Shown: positions 47,774-62,682 of the stretch, one piece after another
How positions within the stretch are numbered: position 1 is the stretch's first letter
Layout: every line of letters starts with the position of its first letter
Assembly (NCBI GenBank): GCA_976226885.1
Contig: OZ320314.1
Coordinates: 35,588,001-35,652,000 of the forward strand
Reading direction: 5' to 3'
DNA length: 64,000 bases
Source of the DNA: Iphione sp. A-MEVVRFRX5
Taxonomy: Eukaryota
Position numbers and translations under genes: made by a program
Notes under the pieces: model-generated
What the model saw: the letters and a program-made list of their open reading frames with translations, nothing else
Database searches by the model: none
Told to the model about the DNA's origin: nothing

Positions 47774-50700
47774 CATATGTTCACCTGCAAAATTCATTTA
47801 CTATTATGTCTCAAGCCTATTCTTGGAGTGGAGAATCCGGTTACTTGGTAGGAGTAGGATGTAAACAAAGAGTTGTCAGGCCGAATTTAATACAGATTTA
47901 TGTGGCATCATAGGAATTCATTTAAAAAATCAAAAGGTTTATCTTAAATCTAAATGGTCAAATTAGTATCTAGAATTTTATCCTTTTCTAAAAGTTTTAA
48001 TTCAGCAAAAATACTACAGAGGTGAAAAGTGGGTGGTAATCAAGGAGTTTCTGTATACATGTATTCTTATGTGAACTTTAAGAGCTGGTGAAAACAAACT
48101 AATGATAATTTTGACATAATGCACTTAATCTAAAGGTAGTTCTACATTTGTCTCCATTATAATATCAGTGTCAACTTTCAAATCAATGCCAAATACATGT
48201 TATTATTATGGACATAAACACTACAATAGCTCAAACAGAGAAACCCACTACCTTTCACCTTCACATTGGGCACCCTGACCTACATGTGGCTAAGGGTACC
48301 AGGCTTATCAGACACTGTGCCGTCATGCCCACTGGAAGAATACTATATAGAAATTACCTGAGATGATACCCAGCATTCAATTCCCTGTTTTTAGATTTGC
48401 AGGCATGCACTGCTTGAAAGAGAGATATCCTTTATGTCATATTATGGTATCATCTATTAACTGCAGCCATCGTCTATACAGCCATTATGAAGTATTGTCC
48501 AGATGATTGAATAAGCAGAATATTTTTGGTGATGAGTATAGACATTAGTCCTTGGCTGCACTACCCCTTTCATCTCCAAGTGTTGAGAAACCATCAAAGA
48601 ATTAAACTTCCTGGAGTGTAGTACAAAAGATAAGTCACATCTGTCATTTGTGCCGAAGGGCATGAAACAAATTCTAAGTTGCCCTCCCAGGAGTGCCTCG
48701 AGGCATTAGCCGCCTGGATAGGGTTTTAATCTGCTTGATTATTGACCTAGCAGCGTACATGTATATAATAAAGGACTATTTTAATCGTAAAAGGCGGACA
48801 ACACGTCCGTTCCCCATTTTTGTGTCAACATTCTACGGACAGATTAAAATTTACTTTCTGCATTCAGCTGTCTCGAGTTGAGGAACGTCCTCACCACGAC
48901 TCCGCACGCCTCATGTCGATACACTTTTACTGTCCAGATACCTCGCCAGTGGGGCGACAGTATCTCATGGACCGCTCTACATAATCTTGCACTTATCATA
49001 GCGCAGGTTGTATCATTAGCCTGACGACTGCACGTTTGGTGCCACCATCAGTCGGGTCCCATCGCTTCGGCTTTCTAGGGTCCAACCATCATGTGCCGAT
49101 CTGTCAGTCATTCAGCTCTTCAGTGTTTGTGAAACCCTCCTCCTCTCTACTAACCCACTTCTTAAGCCACTCCCACCAGAAGAGGGCTCACCGCAGAGAA
49201 GCACTTGCCGGCCCCAGGCGTTGAGCTGCTCCAGGAAAGCGAGGAGCCGTCCCCGGAGGCCACGCGAGTCGCTCAGAGCTGATCCCCGACCATCGCACTT
49301 TACACTGGATTAGCCACCTCCTGCGATTTCTAATACGTGATAATTGCTCCTCCCACAGGAGCGGATCACTTAGCCTTACAGTAGCCATCCGTCCGCTCTC
49401 CCCGTCTGCCATCGGACGTCTAGTGCCTGAAGGTGAGTTTTTGCCCCTTCCAACTTGCTCTTCACTCTTAAGGTTACACGGGGTGAGTGTGCAGGTGCGT
49501 CCAGCGCAAAGCGACGGGTGGCACTGAAGCTTTGCTGTGTTTTTACTGAGGGCGGCGGTCGTCCATTGAGCCAACAGACTCGTGAGGGAAAGGTGCGCTG
49601 ACCCACAGATCGTATGATAGCCCCGTTTGATGCCCCGTGGAGATGTAAACGGGAGGTAACTACTCATGCCGCCCTTGTAGACACGGTTCAATACATACAA
49701 TGGGCCAGCTGAGTGACTCTTTTCAATCTAGACAACATAACTGTTTATGTCATTTTATTAAAACATATACACGTTCATTAACCCAATGGAGCCGGATATA
49801 TAAGATAGTATTGACCACACATGACCAGGATGTATTTATTCTTATACATCCTGCTACAGACGGCATGTATAATATCTTATACTTAATCAATAATTTCAGA
49901 AAGAGGTGTAATTTGAAGATTTATGTCCTAATATTCCTAGGTTTGGGCAGAAATAGTTAAGAATGTATGGAAATAAATATTTATTTATGATGAATAATAA
50001 TTTAACCCTTTTAATATACTTATTTTCAATCATAAGTTAACAAAAATACAAACATTTTCTCATTCCCCCAGCCTCAATGCAAGCTTATGTCACAGTACAC
50101 CCCGGTGTTAGTATTTACCTACTTCACCAGTTGCCGTCCTCATTGGGTTAACGACATTACAAAGCACATACACTATTGCACATTCCTTCCTTTTTGAAGA
50201 TGCGGACTATGTGTTTGGTTGGTAAAATCCCCTACATTCACAAACATATATGATTTTCACGGCATATTGAGACATTTTTCTCTTTAAAAACTATTCACAG
50301 GGTAAAGCGAATATAATGTATCTGATCCCGGAATCTGTTCTAAGTGTCCAGTACATTCTTCTCCCTCTACTTTCTCAACGTTTAAAAATTCCACTTCAGT
50401 ACATGCGGTGAACTGTTCTACGCACGAATTACGGTGCTCTTTTAAAAGCAAAACAGATTTTCGGTGTTATTCCTACAAACAATGAAAAAGAGAGAGCGTA
50501 GAAAACCGTCCTATTGCGAACTTGACAAGACATACATCAACATTGGCATAGGTTCACATGACCTTTTGACATGGGATGTTTTCTGTGTCTGGTTTATAGG
50601 CATATCTGCGGTAGTTTGGTCACAAAATACCTGAATCAGTCTTTTGTCCGATGGATAGCCATACGGTGTTCCCATCAAATCCATCTCGCCAACTCTTGTG

Positions 50701-53700
50701 GAAGGTCGTTTTTCCCCGTGTTTTGGTGAAGTTTAGATGTAGTGCCACGAGGTTATTCACAAGTGGCTGCCGATCAAATTACATAGAGTTTGACGATTTA
50801 CGTTACACATTCGATCCTCCTCCTGTACCTAGAATGTTTGCTTTGTAAAAGGCACTTGGATGAAATTGGAAAATTTGTCGATTGTATTATGAAACCGGTC
50901 TTATATTAAATGAGCAACTCGGACTATGGTGATTACCCGTTAAAATAGACATTCAGGTATGAATCTCCATCGGTTCAGGAATCCATTTCAGGATTGTTAT
51001 AACTGTCACCTGGGTATCCAAGGGTAATATATTCACCAAGGGAGCGCGGCCGATGAAGAAACCCAATGTGTGCCCATAATTAACGTTGCTGATAAGCCGT
51101 CTTGGCAGTTGGTTTATCCTTGGACATTTTATGGCCTGACTGTTATGACATTTTAGAGACACACCACGTGCACATACAAAACAATCTTAGACCTACATCA
51201 GTGAAAGACTGAAAGCTCTCTGTTCTTAGGTATCTAAAAACAAACAGGTTACTGTGAAACTTTTGCGTTCAGGGAATATATAGTCACGGCTCAGGAGCGA
51301 TGACTGATCCAGGGAAAAAAATGAACATAAAATTTCGAAGGGAATAAAATCATTAATAAGTAAAATTGGCCCGCCACTAAACACACGCGGTCTGTGTTTC
51401 TCTCCAACACGGACCTACAGTTTCCTCAGCTGTCGGCCAGTTTTATGTGTGCACACACCAAGACTGACATGGCGGAGGTTGAAGTGTCACGCACGAAAAT
51501 TCTGCACAGAGAGCGGTTTGATCAGAATCGATAAGATTTTAACTTCATGTGCCCAGCGCATGTGATACAAACTACTTCCTTTATGCGTGCTTTCCATAAC
51601 TACACAGGCACACAAAAACCATACTGCTCAACACAAACGTTGATTGGCAAACGCTCTGGCGTTGGAGGAAAAAAATTGAGTAAATTTGCGGATAATTTAA
51701 AGCCAGTGGGTGGCTGGATGGTCGGCCAGGACCACTATAGAAAAACGTTTGCCTCTGTAGGCGGGTGGGATGAAGGGGTGCCGGAGGCAGGCAGCCGGGA
51801 GACCGCATGCGCCCGCATGGTCGGCAGCCGGTAGCGGACGCCATAGTTCCGCCAGGTAAATCAACGCCGTCTGGCGGGCCGTGTGATCGTTGTCCGAGCT
51901 TCAAAGCGTCTGTGGGCTGGCTGTTCGCCGCAGCCCCCTCGAGCATCTCACGGCAACGGGCCTGGGCGCGGGCTTGCGGCCGAGCGATACGCCAACTTTG
52001 GCGAGCTGCTCGCGCCTTTAACGGGACTGAGATTTATGATCTGCTCAATGGTTGATTGTCTCTGACACAGCGGAACGGAGCTTAGGTGGGTGACGGGCCA
52101 CCGGTAACCTCCTGACGACACTGGTTCAAGTTTTACCAGCCACTTATCACCAAGCGAGAAGTTGATATCATATTTAAGTTTAAGCCAGTCATATTTAAGT
52201 TTCAGCCACAAAGGGACAACCTGTAACATATAACATGGGGCAAGGTTAGACAGAATATCAGCCTTTTTCACCCGCATCGTCGGCGATTTTAAAGCAGATT
52301 ATCGTGCTATAAACATTTGATCCTTCAAAAACATCCGTTCCAGAGTCTTCTAGTTGAGGCAATCAACAAGCAGTGTAGAAGTTTCTGGGTAGGTCTCCCG
52401 GAGCTAATGCGGCTATCGATCATTCTCTGTGTAAGTGACACTGAGAGATAAACCCCGTATTTCAGTGAAAATGGTAGAACAAACATACTACGGCGAGTTA
52501 GACTAATTTAGGGAGTACTGAGCTGAAGATATTTTTGTCGTCAACATTGCGGTCTTAGCAACCTTGTAGCCGCTATCGCCACTCACTTAGTAGAAGATGG
52601 AGAAGGACCAAGTACAAGGCGAACATTTCAGCGCGACCCAAGCCGGTCCCATGACTTATGTGTGACAGATCGGTGTGTGGCATCGTGCAGTTGGCGAGTG
52701 ATCATGATATATGACCAGGGAGGGGCGCGCCTGACTTGGGGCGGGGCAGTGCGCCCCGTCCACTACACGCTCGGCAGGGCTCCTCCCAGACACACTCACC
52801 GCCTCCCATCCTCCATTCTGATTCTGATTCATAATGCCGGTGTGTAGCGTTCGGCGTCAGGACGGGCACTCCTCCTCCTTCTTCTTCTCCTCCTGCTTCT
52901 CCCTCACCTCAAACATATGGGGGGGGGTACCTTCTTTGAATTTATGTTGCCGATGATTGGAGATAAGTGATAGCAGTAATAATAAAAATTTACCCACCGT
53001 TTATAGATAGAGTTTGAAATTTCTGATATACCCAGGCGCTATCTGCTCGGCATAACATAGAACTGTAAGTAGGAGAAGCAGTGACCTGCGGAAACCACGT
53101 CTACGGCTAGGTGCCATAGTTTGTAGTAGCCAGTCTATCTTCATAGGGGGTATACCCGTTCACCTGCTGTTGGCAGGATAACTCTAAAGTTATGATACCC
53201 GCAGCTGGGCAGGATTCCATAGGGATAATAGATAGGGCACCAGGGTAAAAGGTGGGGAGGGGCACACGAGGTGTGTGGCTGCCTGCTGTGACGAGGGGAA
53301 ACAGGTACCCGCGAGCAGCTCCGACCAAGAAGAGGAGCGGCTCATACACTCGAGGGAGGTATAGGTGGGGAAGCATGCAGAAGCGTCCATTTGGGTTATT
53401 AAACACAGCGTTTGTCGGCAAGAGGTGGAGAAAAATTCAAAGTCAAAGAGCTCAGGAAGTGAAGAGAGAGAGTCAGGGAGAGAGAGCAAGAGAGGGAAGA
53501 AGAGGGAGATGAGAAAAAAAGGGGAGATATAGTGAAGTGATTGCAGGGATACGGGCTTCGGGTGATTTTGTATACTGCTGAGAGAAACACATGCGCACAG
53601 ACTGAAAGCATAAAGATGTAAGCTTGGAAAGAAAATGGGATGGTGATGGATCGAGTACAAGGCATACTGGGATCTTTTTTCATGAGCCTGTAAAGAGCTT

Positions 53701-56700
53701 ATCAGAGCTTGTCAAGTTCATATTACTGCCTATTAAATATTCGGACTGTATCAGGCATAGTTCGGACGGTTGGAGTCATAGCCAACAATCATCAGGTTGT
53801 CAGTCATCACAGTAATAGTGAACGGATAATGTTCAAGCAATCCCCAGCTCTCGTAATCTAGAGGTGATTGACTCACCGGATATAAATTTACAAGTACATG
53901 AATATGTACCCGCATGCGCACTAAAGGGACGGCCAATTAAGATATTGCTTGCAGTATCATGCGGGGCATTTCCAAGGGATCGTGTACTAACATATATATA
54001 CAACGTTTAGTATATCGTTATTGCTTCTTCAACGATGATAATAATCCCACCCGAAATCTCATTAATTAGACTTATAGAGAAACATAACAGTCTCCAGAAG
54101 AACTGATTTCTATCTCAAAGCACACAAGAAGCACCGGTGTACATATACCTGACACTTAATTTAGCTTCGTATTTTCCGTTTATTATTTTCATTTTCGGTA
54201 AGAGAGAATCCACTTTAGTACTCTAAGTTGAAGATTCATTGGTGTATTTATGCCTCTACTCTGTGCTTCATCAGTCAAGGGCGGACTGTTTCCTTTGGGG
54301 ACATACACATTGCAATGGATGGCGGTACTTGTGTGGGTGGTCAGTGACAGGACGAAAGAGTGGTCAATGTTAAGGCATTCCTACGGTCGACAATGTTTAC
54401 ACTCTGTGTGCAATATCAGCACGGAATTGCCGGAACTCACGTTACCTTTACCTTATTTACTGAATTAAGCATATTGTAAGTAAAGATCTATAGCTTGCAT
54501 GTTCTTCCTGGTCCTTATTCACTGATCGCTCTGGGGAGCAATAACTCCGCTCAGTGTGAAATGACATCCCGCATCCTTCCTAGGCCCTTGCAAAGCAAAA
54601 CACTCAACTTTGAGTCCTTGGAACTTAGGAACTATTTGACCCCAAACACAAAATTTACCCTGAATCATTCTTAACATATCCTCTTGATGCATATAAAAGG
54701 AAATCATTCTATCTCTAATATTAACTAATATTTTCAACGCTTCCATTGACTTCAAGGTTAGACAGCTTTGTTTGTCAATGTTTGAACCTCCTTCCCTTTT
54801 TAAAGGATGCGCTCTGGTTGGCTAGACTCAACTGCCACTCACCAAAAGGGATCAGTGAATTGTAATCAATGTGCAGCATATAAATTTAAGGCTACTTTAC
54901 AGAGATTTATTGGAAAACGTAAACTGTATAAATATGTGGACATTGTCCGATACCTTAAAGATACTGAACCTATGGGCGGTCTACATTCTTGTTATAACTG
55001 TTTGATTATTTCATTACGGTTATTCCATTGGGAATGTTTTGTGAATGTTATATATTTGCAAAGTCCTTTGTAAGGAATATTTGATTCACAGTAAACAGTT
55101 AGAAACTGGGAATTCAGAGAATGAATATTTATCATAAAATTAATATATATTTTTCATATGGATAGGAACACATACAAGATTTCCAGCGTGAAGTATCTCG
55201 AGAAGAATCTATGAATTCGTTTATAGGAGAGTGTATGTAATAGGAGTAGCCCCACAGTCCTTCTGCAAGTGATTTTCCCCCTGACTTACTCCAAGAAATA
55301 ATTGTATCTCTAAAGATGACAGGAATAGACGTATACTTTCCATCAGGGATAAAATGGAAACCCTGCTTCACAGGTGATGATGGCTGCATATCAAAACTGG
55401 CAACAGAGAAAAAAGTGTTTCCGCTACATTAGCATTTGTCATGTGCAATAATTAGGTTGGTTCATTTTGATGTAGTTATGACGTCATCATCGGACTTGTT
55501 CCAATGTTTTCAGCAAGAAAAAAAGGAAGAGAAAGGGAAAGAGAAAAAGAGAAAGAGAGACAGAGGAATGGACAGGAATATAGAAAATATGATGGTGTGA
55601 GGAAATCCTGTGTAGCACAATCAGCAAAGCTCTGTCAATTAAACTCGCACAGGTTGCGAAATACGAGTCACTACAATTACTGTAGTACAGTTAAGTTTTA
55701 AGGGGGGAATATAAGGTAATTTGATAATCAATCGGAACAATCTAAGAAGATAGGTAATTTATGGTATAGCTGTTAGGATAGTTGTGTCCAAATAAGAGAC
55801 TATTTTGGAACATGCAACGCCATAAATGATACAGGTCTCTATTATAATGCTTATGGCAAGGTTATGAGGCGCATTAGAACGACCTCATTTAACATCAGTT
55901 TTATTATCTTACAAAAGCATTTAGTTACTTAATGCATAGCAAATAGACAGATCCGAGATGTATACATTCAGTATCAACGTCTATTTAATTTTCAATCTGC
56001 GTTGATTTCCATAGTACCCTTTATGAAATTATCGCTATTCATATTGGTGATAGTGTTTCTTTTATAAAAATTCTAAAGTTGTTTTGGTTGCGAGCAGAAT
56101 AAGCTTTAGAATATCTTTAAAGACACAGTCCACACCATCGAAAGTAAATTGTGAGATTTATTACCTGCATTAGCGTGGTCTGTTGTAGGACGTAATCTTA
56201 ACGGAATCATCTTTAAAATTCATCAGCATAAGACACCACATTAAGCGTTTATATAAATGCAGCAAGACATTCTCCGTATTTTGCACACGCTTACAACCCT
56301 CTCGGAAACTCATTCATCCTGAAGACACTACATTCCATGTTGTCCCTACTTAGCGACAGGATCGTCCAATTGACATTATCGTGATCTTGTCTACGTGGGG
56401 CAATTCATTACAGTTCTATGAATGATACATTAGCCATTGAGCCGGCTTCGTATCAGTCATCGCCCGTGCAAAACACACGTGATGTATAAATCAAAGGTGT
56501 CCCGATGCGTTGGCATCATATTTTGAGATTAGCTGGTTGCCGATGCCCTCACGTATATATACGACATTGATTTGCCAACACCAACACGCGACGATGGTAT
56601 AGGATACGGCTCCTAACTGAACACACCGGCTTGATATGGCGGGGAAAGCACATGCTAGTAGCGGTTGCTCGTCCTTTTCCGGAAGGTCAATATTGGGTGC

Positions 56701-58731
56701 GGGAATGTCAGAGTTGGTAGCCAGCGGCAACCGTATCAACACGTGTAGAGCATCACAGGGGGGTAAATGCATGTCGGTAAATTATGGGACGGCTGGAGAG
56801 GGCCATCGAGGTTTCTCCTATCTAGAGTGGGCGGGGGAGGGGGCGGTGTTTGAGGTGGGCGGGTTGGTTGCGGTCAAGGGGCAATGGGTGGGAAACGCGA
56901 TCGGCAAATTATAGAAGGGCGATATTATAGGAGCGTCCGGTTACCGGGCCAATCTTTCAGTTATCGGCGCAGCGGAATCGGTCCGCATGGTGGCGCCTCG
57001 ACGCCCGTGGTGTGGGGTTGGTACGTGGCTGGTGATGGGGGGGGACGTCTAGGGTGGAGGGATCAGATTGAGCTGATAACGTGCGATATCCGCCAAAGCG
57101 GCCATCTTGGTGTTGAGGCCACATGACAGACACTTTTCGTGATTTGTACGGACGCTTCAAAGGCATTCCCTCCTCACCTGGCCAATCAGGTAATCTCCAG
57201 CCAATGCCCGCTACTCGAATGTTTGAGGTTATAAAATGTCACTGTGTTAATGACTTTTCCCATTCCTTGAGCATCGCGAACCAAAGTTTGAACATGTGGA
57301 AACGGGTGCGTGTTTGCTTCATGGCATCGCAACGTCTCGGGGCCGGACGATACTGGATGAGGATGAGACCAATTCAAAGGAGGCGTAATCTATTGAAATC
57401 ACAACAATTTTGATAGAAAATTTATCTGAATGCATGTATTTTATCATGCCATACCTTCGAACGTACTGTCCGAATATAAAAAGAGGTTCTAAAATAGTCG
57501 TAAAGAATATTGCTATTGACTTGGATTTAGCATTGAGCATTGTATTGCATTGGTGACCCATTCAGTGTATTTTTTCGTGATATGAGTGGGTCAATAAATT
57601 TCCTAAAAATCATAACAAATACACATTTCACCATGTTCGAGTTACGATTAAAATTGTTTAGACGCGATTGGACGATCAACCAAAATTGGAGGGAAACAAA
57701 AACATCGTTATGGATAAGTTTGCCCATTATTGCAAGTTTGGTTTACCGTGCTGCTGTTGCACGTGACCGATTAGACGAGTTAGCCTGAGGCATATTTTGA
57801 TCTATTATCGAAATCCATTTCAGGAAAGTGTAAAATTACCACTCTGACTCCAGCTGTTTTATTCATTTACGTCATGTCAATCTTCCAAAACGGACAAAAG
57901 CCGATTGATTTTCTTGCTAGTCAAGTGCTACTTCAAAAGATTCGACAGAACGTTAAGCGATGATAGTGGAAGTCTCACTTTCTCACCGGAAGCGGAAAGT
58001 CACCTCAATTAGAGCACCCAACTCTAATAAACCGATTTCAATTGCCGGTTTTGCTCTAATGCTAACCAGATGGTTTGACGTCAAATAGGTTGGGCTTTTT
58101 TTTTCTCAAACTCAGTCTGCGGACGGTTAGTGGATGGAGGCAATAGTGATTGGTTGCATGTTATCAGTGGCCCCACGGCCATCTTCTGTCTAATCAGGCG
58201 ATTGATTGGCATTGCAACTATTAGGTGGATTGAAAGAGCATCTCATTAGGCACACGCAGTGGAAGACAATTACAGGGAATTCGCCTGCATGGAAAGTATT
58301 CAACTTACAAACAGCTAGAGGCTTGGGTTCATTTTAATTAAGACACTAGAAGCGTGGGGAGGGATATTTCATGAATACCTTCTAAATATAGGAGAACGTC
58401 TCGCAAAAGCACTCGGCCTTTCCTCAAGAAAGCTTAAGTCTATGGAAATGTATGCATGTCATCTTATATATGCGTGTGTTCAAATAAAGCGTGCAGAAAA
58501 GAGGCAGTGAGCCAAGAAAGAGAAAATGTGGCAGTACTCTATTTGTTAGACATTTTGCCTTGTTAACACCGTCCATGTCTGAGTCATTACAAAGAGGTCT
58601 GTCCTTTTACCCCAAATGTGATCTTCACATGATATTCTCACGTTGAGCAAATACAAAGTCATTCTAAGATAGAAGATACGTAAATGAGACTATCAAAACC
58701 AAGAGCAGGATAACAAACACCGACAGCGACA

Positions 58732-58734
<3 letters not shown>

Positions 58735-58764
<30 letters not shown>
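58735..58764. repeat. (CA)n microsatellite
   Basis: About 15 CA units. Confidence 0.97.
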
Positions 58765-58766
<2 letters not shown>

Positions 58767-60814
58767 ACATAGGCCAGTGTCATAAGAAGAGTGAAGACTG
58801 CCGACAACTGTAGAAGGCGTGACGAGTTGTTCCGAGGATGGCGAGCGGTGACACATAGAAAGGTGCTTATGCATTATGTCGAGTAGGTATGGAAGCAGAA
58901 GGAGGTGCAGGTATTAAAAATAGGCTGGGCTAGCGTTGTGGTAACGCCACACCACCTGCTAATACAGCTTCTTCCAAACTGACACCGCCATCGGAAGTAA
59001 TCTACGAGAGCACGCTGAATGTTCGCTCGGTCCCTGACACTGGCATGGCGGACGGGACGCCCGAAGGGAGATCAAAATGACAGTGGACGTGCCAGCCACC
59101 TCAAGCCGAACGGCGGAAAATGATTGATGAATGAAGAACCGCTGCCTGCAACACAGCGGTAACACCTATATAAGATAATTAGTCACAGTAAACCAACCCT
59201 GCCACAGTGCTAATAGCGCGTGATGGGCATATGTAGGCGACGTCCTGACAATGGCCTGCCACGATGGTGACGGTTACCCCGGGTGCACTTTAGCCCTGTC
59301 ATGAAAATGATTGGCCTGGCACGTATGCCCAGACAATGCGGATCTCAAACCATCACCAGAAGGTCATTTACCGCAAGAAGCAGTCTGCACGGGGTCGAGG
59401 AGAGACAGACACCGGTTTTTATTAGTTTTTGAGGAGACAGGATACAGTAAATGTCAGACGAAACGACGTCAGTGAAGTGGCATCCGAAGGAAAGACGGAT
59501 CCGCGTATCCGCACGTTGCATGTGTATAGATTACCGATACAACTTGGGTTCTATTTCTGGAACACATTCCACACACACAGCCAGCATTCCAGTCCCTCCT
59601 ATGCGACAATTACGTGAACATTTTTTTTTTTGCGTTTTGAAGGACAAGGCGGCGCCCTAGTCCGAGAGGTCTGAAGCCCGAATATACCCGAATGGCGCCG
59701 AAGACGCCGCGGCGCGCGCCACTATTGTCACCAGTTCGTCGACTGGTGGGGACTGCGTGCCAGGCCCCTAACGACGAGCTCACCCGGCGCGGCCACATGG
59801 CTCGCTGTTTTGAAAGTTGGGCGCCTCTTAATGGACGGGTGCTGTCGGCTGGAGGTGTAAGTTGTGAAATTGGAGAGAAGCTCTTCTTCCCATGGCGACT
59901 GTCTCACGGACTCATCGTCCATCGCGCCCTCTCGCACCAACGACACTCCAGGCAGGCCTGATGGAAAGGTCTGTGCTGTCTGCCTTGAGCCATGAAATCC
60001 GAATAGCTAAGATATCCCTCCCGATACCATGGTCGCCGCAGAGCACCTGTTGAGAGCCTTCTGGTGGGCACTTTATTCCTATCTGCTCAGGAGGTTCAAG
60101 TGTGTCTTGGGTTGTTTCAGTGCCGACGGAAATCTTCTTGGAAATGAAAATAAAGCGAAATTTAGTGACACATGCGCAGTGCACACACCGCAGATACATG
60201 AAGAATGGCTTGTTTAGACAACTTATGGTATAACCTATCAACCGACGACCCTGGTAAATTATCCAGGCCCTCCTAGAAAGAGTATTTGGACTGTACCCAT
60301 AGTCCATTAAACTGGCGCCCGCCTGCACCACTGACCGTCTGGACAGTGACAGTCCGAAATGAAAAATTGTGAAGTCATCAATCCTAGAGGCCATTGCTGT
60401 ACAGAAACGCTTTCTTCACAATGCAGGCCACATATTCCGATATATTAAGGCTCAAGAGCAAATGCATTGCCAATTCAGTCCTAGTTTGCAGCATGTTTAT
60501 AGATAGTTGACCTTTGGACTATGTGTTTTCATCCATTTTAAGGGACAGGTAACTTTGGTTGCTCGTATGGGTACGCATTCAGTGTAGCAGCATGAAGTCG
60601 ACAGGGTAAACTCTGGGCGAACTGTGAACAGCTCCGATCATGTATTTTCTCTTGAATGTGTTGTTTATAGAAGAACATAAACAAAATATGAAGAAATCCA
60701 CTCCTAGACAATAAACATGAAATAAAGGTGTATATTCCTCCTGGTGACAATTTCACAATGCGGCAACACCATATTTCCGTATTGCAAACATATATATGTA
60801 TATCATATGATATA

Positions 60815-60992
60815 CAGTGGAGTCTTTATTTGCGACCACCCCTTTGGACCAAGCTCAACTGGTCGTAATAGTGAATTTGGTCATAAATAGATCATTATTA
60901 ACTATAGAATCCAAACTTTTGTGCCCATCTGTATTGGTCGTAATAGCAAGAATGGTCGCAAATTGAGGTGGTCGCAAATTAAGACTCCACTG
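60815..60992. mobile_element. pogo/Tigger-like MITE
   Basis: 26-bp TIR CAGTGGAGTCTT(T/A)ATTTGCGACCACC (25/26). Flanks TA and TT. Confidence 0.9.
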
Positions 60993-61105
60993 TTTATTTA
61001 TATGTTTGCAATAAACCAACCCTGCCACAGTGCTAATAGCTCATGATGGGCATATGCAGGCTATGTTATACTGTCAATATAGTGTCTATGCTATGTCATA
61101 CTGTC

Positions 61106-61171
61106 AATATAGTAGCACTATTTAACAGTACATACCATATGGTATATACTGTTGAATAGTGCTGCTATATT
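61106..61171. repeat. 66-bp near-perfect palindrome
   Basis: 32-bp arms with 3 mismatches around a central TA. Confidence 0.9.
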
Positions 61172-61956
61172 AACAATCAATGCAGCCAGTTTTAGAACAT
61201 TTCTTAGAGTAGATTTTACAGAAATAAGACAATATACTATACATTTAAGAGTAGATTATATAATTATATTGTTTCCCCAATCTTTTCAAACTGACGGCTG
61301 AATTCTTGTGCCTCCCCCATTATATATTTTAATATTCAATATTGGATGATATCTTCCATATTGTACTAAGCAGTTGATTATACGATGAGTCATTACATAT
61401 GTTATAATATTAATCATCATATATAATATCACTATGAATTTCATAGTAATACTGTCAAATCACTCGTACAATTGTCAAAAAAGCATGGTACAGTGTGCAT
61501 TTTTTCATCTCAAGTGTCTCACGAGTATTTTCCATGTACATGTGTCACTGTGGCTGTGTTTGGCCACCATGATGTGCTGTGGAGCATGTCACCATATTGT
61601 TACCATGTCACCATGTTACCATGTCACCAAGTGTTTCCTGTATCACTCTAGTAGATGAGATTAGCCAACAAAAAATATGGTTACAACACAGCGACATTAA
61701 AATGGAAAATGGGACAAGTTCTAATCTGAAAACATTGTGACACAGATGAGCATGGAGGAGTAGAGACGCATGGGTACATGAAAAGATTCCACTTGTTACC
61801 AACAGTCACCCTTAAATAAATAATGATGGCAACATGGTGACTCAGCCGTCAAAATGTGTGTACATGGAAAATATGGTTTAAATATATGTGTGTGCATGCA
61901 TACATGTGGGTGCAGGCTTGTGTGTGTCTTGTGTTCACCTACTGAAATGACACATA

Positions 61957-62682
61957 TGGTAGAGTCTTGATTACCGACCTCTGCAATTTCCGACCAAACA
62001 GTCTATTGCGACCATTTGAGGTGAGAATTACATTTTGTCTACACATAACCAATATAGGAGGTGATTGATTTCTGACCGAATCAATTTCTGACCATTTTCA
62101 GTCTCCAACCAATCAATAATAGATCAATTCTAGTTTATTTTACTATCAATTTCCGACCTCTCTGATGTCTCTCACACCCTGGAGAGACTGATGAGGCTGG
62201 TGGGAGAGAGCGGGGGTGTCAATGGCGCCCTCTCTGATGTCTCTCACACCTTGGAGGGGCTGGTGGGAGGGCCCGGGGGTCTAAACCTGCCAATTTGCAG
62301 TCTGTGCCCACCAAAATTCACTGGAAAGAGACCGGGGGCATCAACGGCAACCCCTTTGATGTCTCTTCCACCCTGGAGAGGCTGGTGACAGAGAATGGGG
62401 TGTCAATGGCGACTTCTCTGATGTCCTTAGAACCCTGGAAAGGCTGGTGAGAGAGACTGGGACCATCAACGGCAACCACTCTGATATACCTCACACCTCT
62501 GTTAATGACTTTTCATATGTTAATAGAGACAGAGAGACAGAAAGAGACAGAGGCAGAGAGAGAGAGACAGAGAGATGTTGCTTCCAGCCCAGACCCCCCA
62601 CTCAATCGATTTCCGACCATTCTGACCATTCCGACCATTTGAGCTCGGACCCAATCTCTGGTCGGAAATAGAGACTCCACTG
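61957..62682. mobile_element. pogo/Tigger-like MITE with internal ~60-70-bp repeats
   Basis: Left TGGTAGAGTCTTGATTACCGACC vs reverse complement CAGTGGAGTCTCTATTTCCGACC (17/23). TA on both flanks. Internal CTCTGATGTC...CCCTGGAGAGGCTGGTG units at 62160-62495. Confidence 0.7.

Noticed and set aside
54807-55073. 88-aa ORF faintly like a Polinton integrase C-terminus (TLQRF…KYVDIV)
   Set aside because: No DDE core or other Polinton genes nearby.
57120-57560. RT-like strings (ILEPLFIFGQY…VVISIDYASF on minus; ICTDASKAF on plus)
   Set aside because: They point to opposite strands and have no PQG or YxDD support.
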